Assembly: GCA_964016885.1 (NCBI GenBank)
Contig: OZ024742.1
Coordinates: 144,274,001-144,338,000 of the forward strand
Length of the DNA: 64,000 nucleotides
Reading direction: 5' to 3'
Origin: Eledone cirrhosa
Lineage: Eukaryota
The notes below the pieces were generated by a model. The model did not search any database. It worked only from the letters and a program-made list of their open reading frames with translations, and had not been told where the DNA came from. The translations under genes were made by a program, and so were the position numbers. Positions 39,639 through 52,915 of this stretch are shown here, piece by piece. Numbering within the stretch: position 1 is the stretch's first letter; each line of letters opens with the position of its first letter.

Positions 39639-39670
39639 ACGACGTTTCGGGCATAAGCCCTTCCTCAGGT
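39639..39670 (-). ncRNA. PLE-type minimal hammerhead core (family B) in a TA-flanked element at about 39542-39838
   Basis: Minus strand AC-CTGAGGA-A-GGGC ttat GCCC-GAAA-CGTC-GT, with a palindromic ACGT stem III and a downstream AATAAA. Stem I is only about 2 bp. Confidence 0.65.
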
Positions 39671-40138
39671 GAGAAGTGTGTGGGAACAGAGTTCAAAGGG
39701 TGTGTAGGCGAGTGGTGGAGAGACATATAGCGAAAGGAAACGGTGCGAATGAAATTAAAAATAAAAATAAAAATAAAGCATGATCAAAATAAACTGAAAT
39801 TAAAAAGGGGTAAAACAGGTGGTGGAAGGGTGTGGGATATATATATATACAAATATAAAAATTAGTGAGAATCGTATTTCGGCTATTGGAAATTAGCGAA
39901 AAACAACTTCCGAGATGTGTGGCAAGCGCTCCATAGAAGCTAGTGAATTAGAGCTACAACATAAGTTAAAAGGCCAAACACACAGAGACGATGGTTAAAC
40001 CATTATCCGCACAGCCATAGAAACGACCAAGTAATTTGGGTCAAACAAATAAAATCTGATTGATTGAAAATTATACCCGGACCCCTGGAAGGTTGGTAAA
40101 ATCCAGCATTTGGGTTTCTGCAACTCCTACATCAAGTA

Positions 40139-40235
<97 letters not shown>

Positions 40236-40349
40236 CATATATATATACATACATGCATTAAACAGATATTCATCAATCATAATATCAGATCAGTAAATCT
40301 GTAGATGCAAGTGGGTGCATTGTGTATGTATAATACACAAACATATACT

Positions 40350-40383
<34 letters not shown>

Positions 40384-40635
40384 GACTCACTTCATACAAA
40401 TATATTGCTGTTCTATCTCATTTCACAACTATAAATCAGATTGCATTTACAACCTGCAATTACATGCTCTTAAAACACCTTCATACATAGGTATAATCAT
40501 TGATATCAATACAAACATCCCATCTCTCCAACATATATGATTTTTTCTTTCTCTTACTGGTTTCAATCATTGAAATATGGCTATACTGGGACATCCCCTT
40601 TAACGGTTTCTAGATGAACCTATTGAGACTAATGC

Positions 40636-40853
40636 TTAAACCCTTTAGAATTTACATTACTCTATATTTACTATTGTGTTTTTATGGTAAACACTTTATC
40701 TCACATAATATCAAATCTATCTATGAGATTTTGTTATTATTTTTGAGAACAATACCTTAACATCAGTATGAGCGGCCAGTTACAGTCAGTTTGAGCAGAA
40801 AGAGGTGGGAGAATTCTGGCCGGTTACAGCCAGTTTAAATGCGAAAAGGTTAA
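40636..40853 (-). mobile_element. piggyBac-type MITE copy nested in an older SINE-like repeat (about 40540-40930)
   Basis: Reverse complement of the family. The flanks resemble the repeat at about 57180-57360. Confidence 0.8.
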
Positions 40854-41738
40854 TTGTAAATCTGGTACTTATTCTATCAATTTCTATTTGTTGAACTGCT
40901 AAGTTATGGAGGTCATAAAGGGGCACAACTGTACTGGTTTTTAGACTGATATAAATTTAAAAACACACTAACTCTCACATATATTTATCATCATCTTCAT
41001 TTTGCATCTACTAAAAGGATAATGATGAAGATGATATACATGTGTGTATGTGTATGATAATCATCATTATCATTTAAGGTTCATTTTCCTACAAGTTGTT
41101 AGATGTGATTAAATGGGTTGGTGTGAAGAAAGGCATCCAGCTGTAAAACACAGCCTCAAAAAGTCCCATACAACCCATGCCAGCATAGAAATGTCAATGT
41201 AAAAACAATTATGATTATATATATACGTGTGTGTGTTTGTGTGTGTGTAAACATACATACACCCAACTGTCTCAAAAACGATGGGATGGTTATTGCTTCA
41301 CCCAGCTACAGCTATACACTCACACACACAATCCACTCACACATACACACAATCAGAACAGAATTTTTCTTGATCATTAAATCCCACCGATATTGTATTA
41401 CAGAAATTAATGAGTCTATTTTATACAATGTAAACATATTATTTCATATTTATCCTCTGAACTAAGAATGTACTAACTCATTTGACTGTATTCTCTCCCG
41501 TTTCATTATCAAATATTTCAATTCTCTTGCATAACGATTTTTTCCACATCAAAAACCCGGAGAATGTTTGATTTTGATTTTTAGTGGCTTAGTCATAGAA
41601 AGAACACAATCCAGACCCTTTATGGCTGGTGGGAAAAAGAGAGGAAGTTATGCTCAGATAAGAGAACTAACTTGACTGCCTGCAATAAAGGGAAATCTGC
41701 TAAAGACTTTCAAGTGCCAGGTGATGTTGAAATTTCAT

Positions 41739-41952
41739 TTAACCCTTTAGCATTTAAGCCAGCCATATCTGGCCAGAATTCTCTCCTCTCTTTCTGTTCA
41801 AACTAGTCTTAACTGGGTCCCTGATACCAACACTAACATATTATTCTCAAAATAAATATCAAAATCTTGTAGATTCGATATTATGTGAGATAAAGCCTTT
41901 TCTGTGAAAATACAATAGTAAATATAGAGTAATGTGAATGTTAAAAGGTTAA
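41739..41952 (+). mobile_element. piggyBac-type MITE copy
   Basis: Same family. Confidence 0.82.
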
Positions 41953-42283
41953 ATAACTTTGGTCAATGTAAGGCTTATGGCTAAATAAACATCCATAAGG
42001 GGCTTAGGAAACACCACTGAACCCTAAACTATGTAGTTACAAATCAACCTTCTTAACCCCAACATTGTCAATTACTAGGGACAAGATATCTTATCCCTCT
42101 TCTATTCTGTCTTAAATTCATTTAACTGTTTAATGTTAAATTATGTTTCAAGAATAGCAATAAAATGTTATTTCAAAGGTTATTTAAATACATTATTGTG
42201 TATATCACCTCTACAACATGTAAATCCAGTTTAATTTATGTCCTTATTTAAACATATTATTTACAGTAACAATAATAACAATA

Positions 42284-42470
42284 ATAATTGTTTCTACTTT
42301 TGGCACAAGGCCAGCAATTTCCCAGTGCATTACTGGTACTTTATTTTATCGACCCCGTAAGGATGAAAGGCAAAGTTAACCTCGGCGGGATTTGAACTCA
42401 GAATGGCAAGGGCCGTAACTCTATGCGTCAAAGCATGGCGTCCGACCCTCTACCGATACTGCCAATCCAC
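42284..42470 (-). mobile_element. tRNA SINE family A
   Basis: Same consensus. Confidence 0.85.
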
Positions 42471-42499
42471 AATAATGACAACTATAATAACGGCAATAA

Positions 42500-42798
42500 T
42501 AATAAAAAAAAAAAAAGGAAACATAAAGAAAGAAAGAATAGGGAAATATATAGAGAAAAAAGAGAAAAAAAAAAGAAGAAAAGGAACGGGAAGAGGCAAG
42601 AACTCCCGTGTCACAGGAGAGGGGAGTGATGAAGGGGGTTGTGATTGGGCTTTGGGCCTAGGGCAAAGGGGCTGAAGTGTTGCAATCTGCGTACAAGACG
42701 GCAAAAGCATTCCCGTGGATGATGGCCAGTGACACCAGCTGCAACAGCCACCTAACCTCACGGGGTTCCCTCCTCAAACAGGCCAGCAATGTTATTAA
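42500..42798 (-). mobile_element. CRE-like (restriction-like endonuclease) non-LTR 3' fragment
   Basis: Minus frame RREPREVRWLLQLVSLAIIHGNAFAVL matches the RLE C-terminal 'RE..L.QRLS.A..RGNA' pattern. A pyrimidine-rich 3'UTR follows. Confidence 0.65.
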
Positions 42799-42980
42799 TT
42801 GACTAACCCCTTCCCCACACCCAGATATTTCTGGACTTGTAAATTGGTAGAATCATTAAAGAATCAGACAAAATGCTTTGCATCAAAGGTTCCAAAGCTT
42901 CCTTCAAATTTAAGTCTCTAAAATTTTTCTCAAAATTCGTGCTGTTCCTCACAAGGCTGCCTTTTGTATTATTATTATTA

Positions 42981-43170
42981 TGGATTGGCGGAGTGTTGCA
43001 CAACATGCTTAGCAGCATAGAGTTACGGCCATTTACGTTCTGAGTTCAAATCCCATCCTTAAGGGGGTTGATAAAATAAAGTACCAGTAATGCACTGGGG
43101 TCTATTTAATCGATTTTCGCATCCCCTTCAAATTACTGGCCTTGTGCCTAAAGTAGAAACAATTATTATT
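42981..43170 (+). mobile_element. tRNA SINE family A, older variant
   Basis: A/B boxes and the ggccttgtgcctaaagtagaaacaatt tail. Confidence 0.75.
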
Positions 43171-45380
43171 ATTATTGTTGTTGTTATAGAGACTAATACT
43201 TATTGTATCTACTGATACTTTTTTTTATCAATTCCAAAAAAAGCATAACTGGGCTGGATTTGAAAATGGGATGTAATCAAATAATACACAGTATGTTGTC
43301 AAACACCCCCTGAATCTACCATCCCCCTATCAATATATATGAAGGACTTCTACAGTTTCCATCTACCAAATTTTGCTCAAGAGGTTTTGGTTGATTTGAG
43401 ATTATGGCAGCCTACTGAAGCTAGGTTTGAAGCCAGAACCACATGGCTGCAAATACGAACTTCTTAACCACACAGCTAAGCATGTACCCATAGGTATTTT
43501 CATTTTCTTCTTTAAATGTCATCTGGGAGTTGTAGGTTCAGTAACCACATGTCTGACTAATTAATTATTTGATTCTCTTTCTGCCAACATTTGCATAATC
43601 TATAGTTTATTCCCATGTTATGATGTAAAACATCAATTTTCATTTGTAGTAAATTGGAAAACAGTAGGCTCTTTAAGATTTGATATTTATCCAAATTAGA
43701 AAGACTATAAAGACTAAATAAAGAAAAGAAAACAACTTTTCCAGGCAACTAAATTAACTCTCTTAATATCACTATGTAAAACATCACCCAGGGGAAGACT
43801 GTTTCTCTTAGATGGTTAGATCTTGGGTCATAAACTGAGTCTGAAATGATAACCAGTTAATCCATTTTTCTTTGTAAGACATTTGTTATATTCATTGATC
43901 TGTTCTTATATTTCAATCATCTAGAGATGATGTCAGATGTAATTATAGGCCCTGTTCTGCTAAACCTGGTGAGAGGAAGGGCTGGCAGTATAGCAGGAGT
44001 TTACCATTCATTTCAGTCATACAGATACACACACAAATACATACATAGACATCATAGTTAAGGGCAAGCAAGGGTAACCTTTTACAAGCAGTGGGCCACT
44101 TAGGACGTGGTTCATTATAAGGCAAGCTGAACTACTAAAAAATTCAAGGCAATTTAAAATTAGGTGTGCCATTCAGAAAGCTAAATGGTTCAAATGTGGT
44201 TTGCAGGCTGCAGTCTGCTCATGACTGGTTTAGGGTATAATAATGGGCATACCCTTTTACAACATTCTTGATTGGAGGATGAGAATGATAGTTGTTTTTG
44301 ATTTGGGTTTATGTGTATGAGACAAAAATCATTAGGTACATTGGAGAAATTGACAAAGTCAAGCAATTAAACCTGAGAGTCCCCACCTCCCAGGCATAAT
44401 AGGGTTAAATTACAAGTTACCTCTGACACAAACTCCTGAAGAGTGAAAAGGTTTTCAACAAAAAGAACTGACAGAGTTAGTAAAGTAGGACTTTATGAGG
44501 CAGTGTTTTACAGTTGGATTTCTTTCCTGAGACCAACCCATTTAGTCACTTTACACAACATGTAGGAAAATGAACCTTAAATGATGATAATGTTGAATAT
44601 CATACACATACACACATGTATATCATCTTCATCATTATCATTATCATTATCCTTTTAGTGGATGCAAAATGATGATGATGATAAATATATGTGAGAGTTA
44701 GTGTGATTTTGATTTTATATCAGTCTAAAAACTAGTATGAAAGTTAAAAAAAGGTGAATATATTAAAAGGTGGAGACAAGAAGAGATGAGGGAGAGATAT
44801 TTGGTGTATGGAAATGGCGGGGGGGGGGGGGGGCGAGAAACAGGTGTTTGGATTGAAATGCTGTGTGAGATGAGTTACTATGGGATGGGGTGTGGAATTG
44901 CTGGTGCAATAAGTGGTGGCAGGAAGGGCTGGAGTGAGTTAATTATTTCTGACTTTTGGTTACATAAATGTATGTACCTATCATATTTAGTTTAATCATA
45001 ATAAGGATTTGCCCATTTTCTCCCACCCGCTTACCTAGTTATAATACTGTGCTTAATCAAATTAGTTTCTCTACATTAATTTCTTGAGAACAATGTGTTT
45101 CGTGATTAAATGCACACATACTATAGACTGCAGGAACATTAATTTGTGGAATAAGTGGAATAATATAGACACACACACACACACTCATATTGTAGACTAC
45201 ACACACACACACACACACACTCATATTGTTGACCACACACACACACACTCATATTGTTGACCACACACACACACACACACACACTCATATTGTTGACCAC
45301 ACACACACACATGTAGACATACCCATTGTAGATGGGACAGACACACACACACACACATATATATATACATACATACACAC

Positions 45381-45413
<33 letters not shown>

Positions 45414-46609
45414 TTGTAGACCCCACAGACATGTACAGACATATTATAGACTATACACATGTACATACATACCAGAATGTCTACACGGATTGGACAAAGC
45501 ATGGAGGTTATTCCGGTTTCAATGGATATTAATCAACTCAGGTACACACACAAAATAGCAGCTGATATGAAATCAGTAAATAAAAAGTTAGAATTGCAGC
45601 CTGTTTATCGATTGAATTGATTGAGAAGATCCCAGATCTCATTTGGTTACCCAGTGGGGTGGAACTTGTCAAATCAGACCAACAAAGCCATGTTTCCATT
45701 GGTATTTTCATTGCTGATGCTATCTACCATTCACAAATCAAGGCAGAAAAAACAATGTCAAATAAAGTGTCTTGCTCAAGGACATAACACAGCACCCAGT
45801 CTGGGAATTGAACTTGCAACCTCATGATTATAAATACAATTCTCTAAGGATTAAGCCACAGCAACCTTAATACTCGGGTTAAAGAATAATTCTTCAAACT
45901 CTGCAGTGTTGTTGCTTTTATTTTTAGTGTGTGTGTGTGTGTTTGAGTGTGACTGTTCAAGCTACATCTAGATGAATATATCACAGCTAGAACTACATTC
46001 AAAAGGAGCTTTTATGTGCCAGCTGTTCAGTTGTAGAACATTGGATATAATAATACTTTGGTCTAGAGTTGAGATGTTGATAATTCTTTAGTACTGAATT
46101 ATAGCAGATATAATAAACTAAATTGGTTGATTCATGACTGACCACCGTTTCTTACATTATAAATGAGCTACAACAGAAAGTTCAGCTCTCCTAGTTTTAC
46201 CCCATTATTATTATCATTATCGTTGACCTTTAGATAGGAGTTAATTGAGTTAAAGCTGAAGATATTTTAAGGCTTACTGATTAAAAACATCAATATTCAC
46301 TTATGTAATTAATTTCAACTGTTCTGGTAAATAACTGCATTGCTTCTTTCCAGGGACTATATTGAAACTAAACCTCATTTGGTCATTCCGTGAGAGTATT
46401 TTGGTCATCCTGTGAACTTTTCAACTAACCCTTGTATCATATCAACTGTAAAATATCATATTTTACCCATTTGCCCAACTGCTAGACAGATGAGAAAATA
46501 CAACCAGGTTTTTATATATTCCATGTTATTCCAAAAACTACTTGATTTATCAATGCCAACTGTGCCTTTGACTTCTTTCAATATTTTACCTCACATGAAC
46601 ATAAGATGT

Positions 46610-46837
46610 TTAACCTTTTAGCATTTAAACTAGCCGTATTCGGCCAGAATTCTCTCACTCTTTCTGTTCAAACCAGCCATAACTGGCTGCTCATACCAGC
46701 GTTAAGGTATTGTTCTCAAAATAAATAATATCAAAATCTCATAGATTTGATCTTATGTGAAATAATTATGTAAGATAAAACCTTTGCCACAAAAATACAA
46801 TAGTATATATAGAGTAATGTAAATGCTAAAGGGTTAA
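46610..46837 (+). mobile_element. piggyBac-type MITE copy
   Basis: Same family. Confidence 0.85.
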
Positions 46838-47253
46838 ATAGCCTCTAAATGTCATTTATACACAAGAAAGAATGAGACAGTCAAGAGGAAATTTCAATTC
46901 TGGATATGTATACATAAGTTATCAGTGATTTTTTTAACAGAAGTTTTTCGACAATAATAAACTAAGAATAGATAAGTTGAAGTGGAACCAATTCTGTTAG
47001 TTTATGTATATCCCTCTAGGGCTATTGCTAACTTTACAGAAATAATGATGATGAAAACACACGAGAGTTGTGGTTGTGACAGCAAGTGTGTAAACACATA
47101 TATAGAACACAGAAGGCAAAAATTATAAAGCAGAGAATAAGCATGGAAACCACTCATATACCACTACATGATATTACATATCAACAAGTCTATGTGGTCG
47201 CACAAGGTGCTAGAAACGGCAGCTAAATATCTATTAAATCACACCCTACTGTT

Positions 47254-47469
47254 TTAACCCTTTAGTATTTAAACCAGAATATCTGGCCAGAATTTGCTCA
47301 CTTTTTTCTGTTCAAACTGGCCATTCATACTGATGTTAAGGTATTGTTCTCAAAATAAATAAATTCAAAATCTCATAGTTCGATATTATATGAGATAATT
47401 GTGTAAGATAAAGCTTTTATCTCGGAAATATATTAATATATATAGAGTAATGTAAATGCTAAAGGGTTT
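47254..47469 (+). mobile_element. piggyBac-type MITE copy
   Basis: Same family. Confidence 0.8.
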
Positions 47470-48266
47470 GAAACAGTTTAAATGGATTAAAGATGAGGCT
47501 AATGCATGCCTTGGTTGACTTATATTGGTTTGTATAGTATACTGGTATAACTACATTTTTAGTTAGAAAATAGGAATCTGGAGGGGAATGTTGAGGTTAA
47601 TACTGGTTCAATTATTAATTGTCCTGTTATTGGTGGATTGGTTCAATTTGGAAAGGATAACTGAGGCAAGGATTTAAGCAAAGTTTTATGTTATGAAATA
47701 AGAAATATTAATAGTATCTTTATTGGAAATTATACTGTGGCATATATAGTATCTTTATTGGAAATTATACTTGAGTGACCTGAAGAAATGTTTTGTCCTT
47801 GTGAAAACCTATCACTCCCATCCTCTCCCGCTTGGTCATTGCATATCTGCATTACTTTATGTCTCCCTCTTTTCAAGGCAGTTTGTCATTTGAGGGAGAT
47901 TTAGCTGCTATTTATGGTTAATATATAGAGGAGGCTCCCCCAATGTCTCAATTCAAGCATCAGTGCTTAGAGTTCAGAAATGTGAAGAATTGCAACACCC
48001 AGAAAAGAAGGATGAACAGACATATGCATACACTGAGGTGTATTCATAAATTATGTAAAAACATTAAAATATTACTTGAAACACACACATATATATAAAG
48101 ACAAACATTAAATTTAGGGAGGGAGGAAAACATTGTTTCCATTTTACAAAACTATTTTGACATAATTATGGTTTTATAAGATTTCTTCAACAAAGCTAAA
48201 CTATAATTTTCCTTTCTGGCATGTTACAATGAATACACAAGGTTCTGTGCTTCTTTTCAGTGCATT

Positions 48267-48617
48267 ATGTTTATAATAACACATCACCTGCTATTTCTTC
48301 CTTGCTGCGCCAACAGTGACCAGCAAATCTGAGTCTCTGTCCACGTATTGACCTGTTGATAGGTGGTATATTGCCACAGAGATCCTTATTTGTTGGGTGT
48401 TCCCTCGAAGACACGTTTAAAGCAGCACGGATTCCATCTCATGGAGCAAGAAATGCTGGTCGTCCCAAGAAGACATACTTCAAGCAACTTGAGGACGATA
48501 CTGGATGCACTGCAGAAGAACTGGCAAACGCTATGAGAGACAGAGATGGATGGAGGAAACGTGTCGTAGAAAGCCGAGCAAGCTCGACCTGATGATGATG
48601 ATGATGATGTTTATAAT
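48267..48617 (+). mobile_element. Short RTE-family insertion with twin-priming 5' inversion and 11-bp TSD
   Basis: 48278-48429 on the minus strand reads RAALNVS..RLRFAGHCWRSKEEIAGDVL. 48430-48592 on the plus strand reads IPSHGARNAGRPKKTY..DRDGWRKRV, followed by (TGA)n. TSD ATGTTTATAAT at 48267-48277 and 48607-48617. Confidence 0.85.
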
Positions 48618-49369
48618 GACAGATGTGTGGGCGAAATTCTTGTTTCATACATTGAAAGTTTCTTCAACAAGTATCCTCACTGCTACCACCAGCTAATGCA
48701 GATTACGTGAGCCAAAGAGCTGGCCTCAACATGACTGCTCGACTTGTTAGGAATAACAGCCAAATATCCTTCAAATGGTCACAGTTATGGGTGTGTTGGT
48801 AAAGTAGTTGATTTAGCAACAATATAGCACTGGTTTTGATATCAAGGTGCAACATCGAAGCAAGTTACTCCTTATATATTCCTTAAACATGTAAAAGTAT
48901 CACAAGTAAAATTTCATCACCATGAATGTTTAAGTCTTTCACTGCTGCTTGATGTTTTCTGCACAACCATGTATGATCTGCATGCGTTGCAATATCTAGG
49001 CCTAGAAACCTCAGGTAGCATAATACATGTTAGGTGTATGAATCAATGATAAAACAAAAAAGCACAAAGTCCACCCTGTGGTTGTGCTGGTGACCTGACA
49101 AAAAAGCACACAGTCCACCCTGCAAGGTGATCATGCTAGTAACAACAAAAAGCATCCAGCCCACCCTGTAGGTGGTCATTTTGGTGCCATGATTAAGTGC
49201 ATCCAGCCCATACTGTAATTTGGTTGGCACTAGGAAGGACATTCTGGTGTAGAAACCAAGCTAGAAACAATTCCACCTGACCTGAATTGTCTCACAACAC
49301 GATACCTGTCTAACCCCTGCAAGCATGCATATATATATATATATACCCATATATATCCCATATATATAC

Positions 49370-49426
<57 letters not shown>

Positions 49427-49461
49427 CATTACCCATATATATATATATATATACCCATTAC

Positions 49462-49504
<43 letters not shown>

Positions 49505-49611
49505 CATGGGAGAACATCCAACCCACCCTGTAAAGAGGCCATGTTGGTGACAGGATAAAAAACCACCCAGTTCACATGGTAAATGCTGTTGGCATTAGAA
49601 GGGACATCCAC

Positions 49612-50282
49612 CAATGAACACTGGCGAGACCTTCAAGATAGTAAAGAATCATCTGTACTCTACCAACATGCTAAAATAGAACATAAGGGTAAATTAGAGA
49701 ACATAGAAATAAAAATAGAATCTACACACAGAAAAGACGCAATGTTTAGACAAATCAGAGGCAATAAACATAAATGAATTACAACCAAAATTAAATAGAA
49801 AACATGAGTGGAACAGCAACATCACAACTTACAATTAAGGACAAAATGAAAACACACACGCACATAGAACAAACAACCAACCAGTAACATGTAAATAAAC
49901 AAATAAATAAACGAATATAAACACACACAGACACCCGGATGTAACACATGTGCAAACTAAGTACACAACACAAAAACAAGATGGCGTAGGACAGAACAAA
50001 GGAGAGGCACAAAAAACAAAGAAAAGAATCCCCAGTCACTGAAGAGGTCACAGAATGTGTGACGAAAGAACTTTGACAATATATAAACAACCATCTGGTT
50101 GTGGAACCAACCAATCAACCGGAAATTTATAAATTCCTAAATTTATAAATTTATTATAATAAATTGAAGTGAAAGCAACTGGTGCGTGTGTTTCTTATTG
50201 GCAACATGACCCTCCCAAAGTATAACAATATCGGTTTCAACACACGTTTTCAGATAAAGAATCTTGCTAAACAAGACTGGGG
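49612..50282 (+). mobile_element. Penelope-like element 3' fragment (GIY-YIG endonuclease C-terminus, hammerhead, 3' end)
   Basis: EHWRDL..SVLYQHAKIEH..IESTH.. then, after a frameshift, EAININELQPKLNRKHEW, matching the GIY-YIG 'E...I....P.LN' motif. A hammerhead and AATAAA follow, and the fragment ends at (TA)n. Confidence 0.8.
50035..50077 (+). ncRNA. Minimal type I hammerhead ribozyme (family C) of the PLE
   Basis: GTCA-CTGAAGA-G-GTCACA gaatg TGTGAC-GAAA-GAAC-TT^-TGAC. Confidence 0.75.
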
Positions 50283-50622
50283 ATATATATATATATATAT
50301 ATAGTCCCGTAACTCTTGCTAAGGTAGTAGAGGTGCCGTAGTGGTATACACCGTTTCGGAACACAGAAGATTTCTTCTAGAGAGAGAGAAAGAGAGATAG
50401 TGGAAGAATCGACCCAGTACTGGTTTGGTAATTTTTTTATCGACCTCGAAAGTATGATAGGCAAAGTTGACCTTGGCAGGATTTGAAATCAGAGGGCAGA
50501 GGGACGGAATGAACACCGACGTTCTAATGATTGTGCCATTTCGCCGCGCCTCTCTGTCTGTCTGTGTGGTGTGTGCGCACAATATATTTATACATTATAG
50601 TATCGTACTTATCCATAAAATC

Positions 50623-50671
<49 letters not shown>

Positions 50672-51237
50672 TATAGACACCTATATAACATTTTAAGAGA
50701 AACGAAGGACCATATATATATATATATACGCGCGCGCACACCTGCTTTATACATGACAAGCACGAATGCCTTCAAAGAAACATGTTCGTACACGCATAAA
50801 TACGAAGGACTTCCTCTATTTGGTCAACTAAAACTTAGTCCATTGACAACGTTTCCTAGGGGAGAAAGAGCGGGATGGGATGGTAATAGTAGGTATACAA
50901 TACTAAACTCTGTGTAGCTTAAAAAAGGGAAATGGGTCAGATACATAAAGTAAAAAGAAGGCTCTAGATTAATGGATATTATGGAAGGTAGAGGGGTGCA
51001 TAGTGAATGTGGAAGGTACGCGGCATTTAAATTGGACTAGGGCGATTAGTTTCTCACATAAAGCGGGTACAAGAAAATATATTAATTTACATACATGCAC
51101 ACACGTACATACATTTACAAAGCATGAAAACATTTTTCCAGAATGTTTATGATATGGCGGTTGAGGGGGTTGCAATGCGGGGGTCGGAATGTTTTAATTT
51201 TGTTGTTATTGTTACCTTGTTTATTGTTCAACGTTCA

Positions 51238-51465
51238 GAAACTTTCGTGGGAGCTGGGCCGCTGACAAGGTGATTCTTGTCATTAATAGCGAGTCACTTT
51301 ACCGACATGTCATGTGATGCCCACGAGAGTGCTTATTTGGTCCAGCGTCTTAGTCTCAATATGATCCCTAGTAATGCTGTGAGTGTGTCGGCTTGCCTAA
51401 AGACATATTAGAAGGAAACACCAGCGTCCCCTGTGGCGTGTGCGTGTCTTCCCACGTTTTCCCTT
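51238..51465 (+). mobile_element. CRE-like (RLE) non-LTR 3' fragment
   Basis: ETFVGAGPLTR*FLSLIASHFTDMSCDAHESAYLVQRLSLNMIPSNAVSV. The 3'UTR resembles that of the 42.5-kb fragment. Confidence 0.65.
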
Positions 51466-51489
51466 TATATATATAAGTAACTTAAATGA

Positions 51490-51540
<51 letters not shown>

Positions 51541-51600
51541 CAATTAAGTTATTTTCCTTATCTTCTATGATAAGTATGGGTTCTACGTAACCCTGTTTTG

Positions 51601-51700
51601 TAATTCTGTCGAAGTTACCTGATGAGATCGTCCTGTCTTACATCATAAATGGATAATGGTGCTGGGCCATTGAAATATGTATAGTGCTTTTACGGAATTA
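51601..51700 (+). ncRNA. Type I hammerhead ribozyme (family D)
   Basis: Extended stem I TAATTCTGTCGAAGTTAC / GTGCTTTTACGGAATTA; CTGATGA at 51619; stem II GATCGTCC/GGGCCATT; GAAA at 51672; stem III ATATGTAT. Predicted cleavage after 51683. Confidence 0.78.
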
Positions 51701-51899
51701 AAATTTATAGCATATCCTCCAGTTCGGCTTTATGTTGTTTTAAGTGTGTGTGGATCTGCGTGTGTGTGTGTGTGTATATACTGTAAAAATATTAATGCAA
51801 TTCAATTCTAGAACTCAACATCCATTTTCCACATAGGAGTGACGGAGTATTTTTAGAATAATGAAATACAAAGTTTAGATGATTCGCGTCGAATCCACT

Positions 51900-51979
51900 G
51901 CCATGCTGTCTGAAGAGAGTACGACAGTGGATTCTACGAATAACGTGGCCACTGTCATCATCGAAATATGTAGCATGGC
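51900..51979 (+). ncRNA. Degenerate hammerhead-like motif (family E)
   Basis: GCCATGC..CTGAAGA-GA..GACAGTGG/CCACTGTC..TC-GAAA-TATGTA-GCATGGC. The stem III and cleavage-site register is imperfect. Confidence 0.55.
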
Positions 51980-52219
51980 CTTATCAATAGAGGACTTTAT
52001 CATCTAAACTTTGTATTTTCTTCTTCTTCTTATAGTGTTTATTTGTATGCATTCTATTAAAATAAACTTATTCACCTTTTTAAAAGATAAAGTATACAAT
52101 ATACGAAATGGATGTGTGCATCTTTTCCGTTTGACACACATGGCCTGGTTTTATTGTAGAAATACACAGATGTTTTGTGTGTAGATATAATTCTATTAAG
52201 GTGAAGTTAATGTCCCGTC

Positions 52220-52265
52220 ACTTTTAGCTTTCCCCTCTGTATTTAAAGGGTCATCAGATAAAATC
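52220..52265 (-). ncRNA. Minimal hammerhead core (family F)
   Basis: Minus strand GATTTTAT-CTGATGA-CCCTTT aaatac AGAGGG-GAAA-GCT-A-AAAGT, with a palindromic AGCT stem III and an imperfect stem I. AATAAA lies downstream and the element abuts (TA)n. Confidence 0.65.
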
Positions 52266-52295
52266 GTCAGATTCTCGCGACCACCAATACTAAAC

Positions 52296-52357
<62 letters not shown>

Positions 52358-52874
52358 CCCGAAACCACGAGGACCTCAAACAGTCGATGAGACGAGACTG
52401 TCCTATGTTTCGTCCGTTTTTCTGGTGTCTTCGCTCACTTTTTCATTCTGCATGATCTTAGCCACGCGGGACTCTTTTTCAAATTTATATATGACTGTCT
52501 GAAGCCTTTTTTTTTGGGGGGGGGGGGGTCTTCTGAAACTGGTATGAGTGTGGGATATAATCGTCTTCCCGACGAACAAGCCGGTATTCTTGCAACAGAG
52601 TGGATTCCGCTAAAGACTCCCAACAACATTGCAGTGGTGTGAAAGTGTACTACCTCGACACAAATATATATTATTATTCTCAAGACTACATAAAACAACA
52701 TGGTTCCGATAAAATACGAAGTTGACTCGCATTTCCTTATCAGAAGTTTATACCGTATCCAATCACTAATTTCACATCCGAATATAATCTAGCACACACA
52801 TTACTTTAAGCAATATTACTTCAAGTTCGCAGACACTGTTGTATACGACTTACACTTGTTCACTCACACACACA

Positions 52875-52915
<41 letters not shown>

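Noticed and set aside
45180-45310. Regularly repeated ctcatattgttgacc units resembling a CRISPR array
   Set aside because: The spacers are just (CA)n; this is a eukaryotic minisatellite with no cas genes.
50303-50378. Minus-strand ..gttccGAAACGGTGTA (and a similar half motif at about 57596-57620)
   Set aside because: Only the 3' half of a hammerhead; CUGANGA is missing (5'-truncated).
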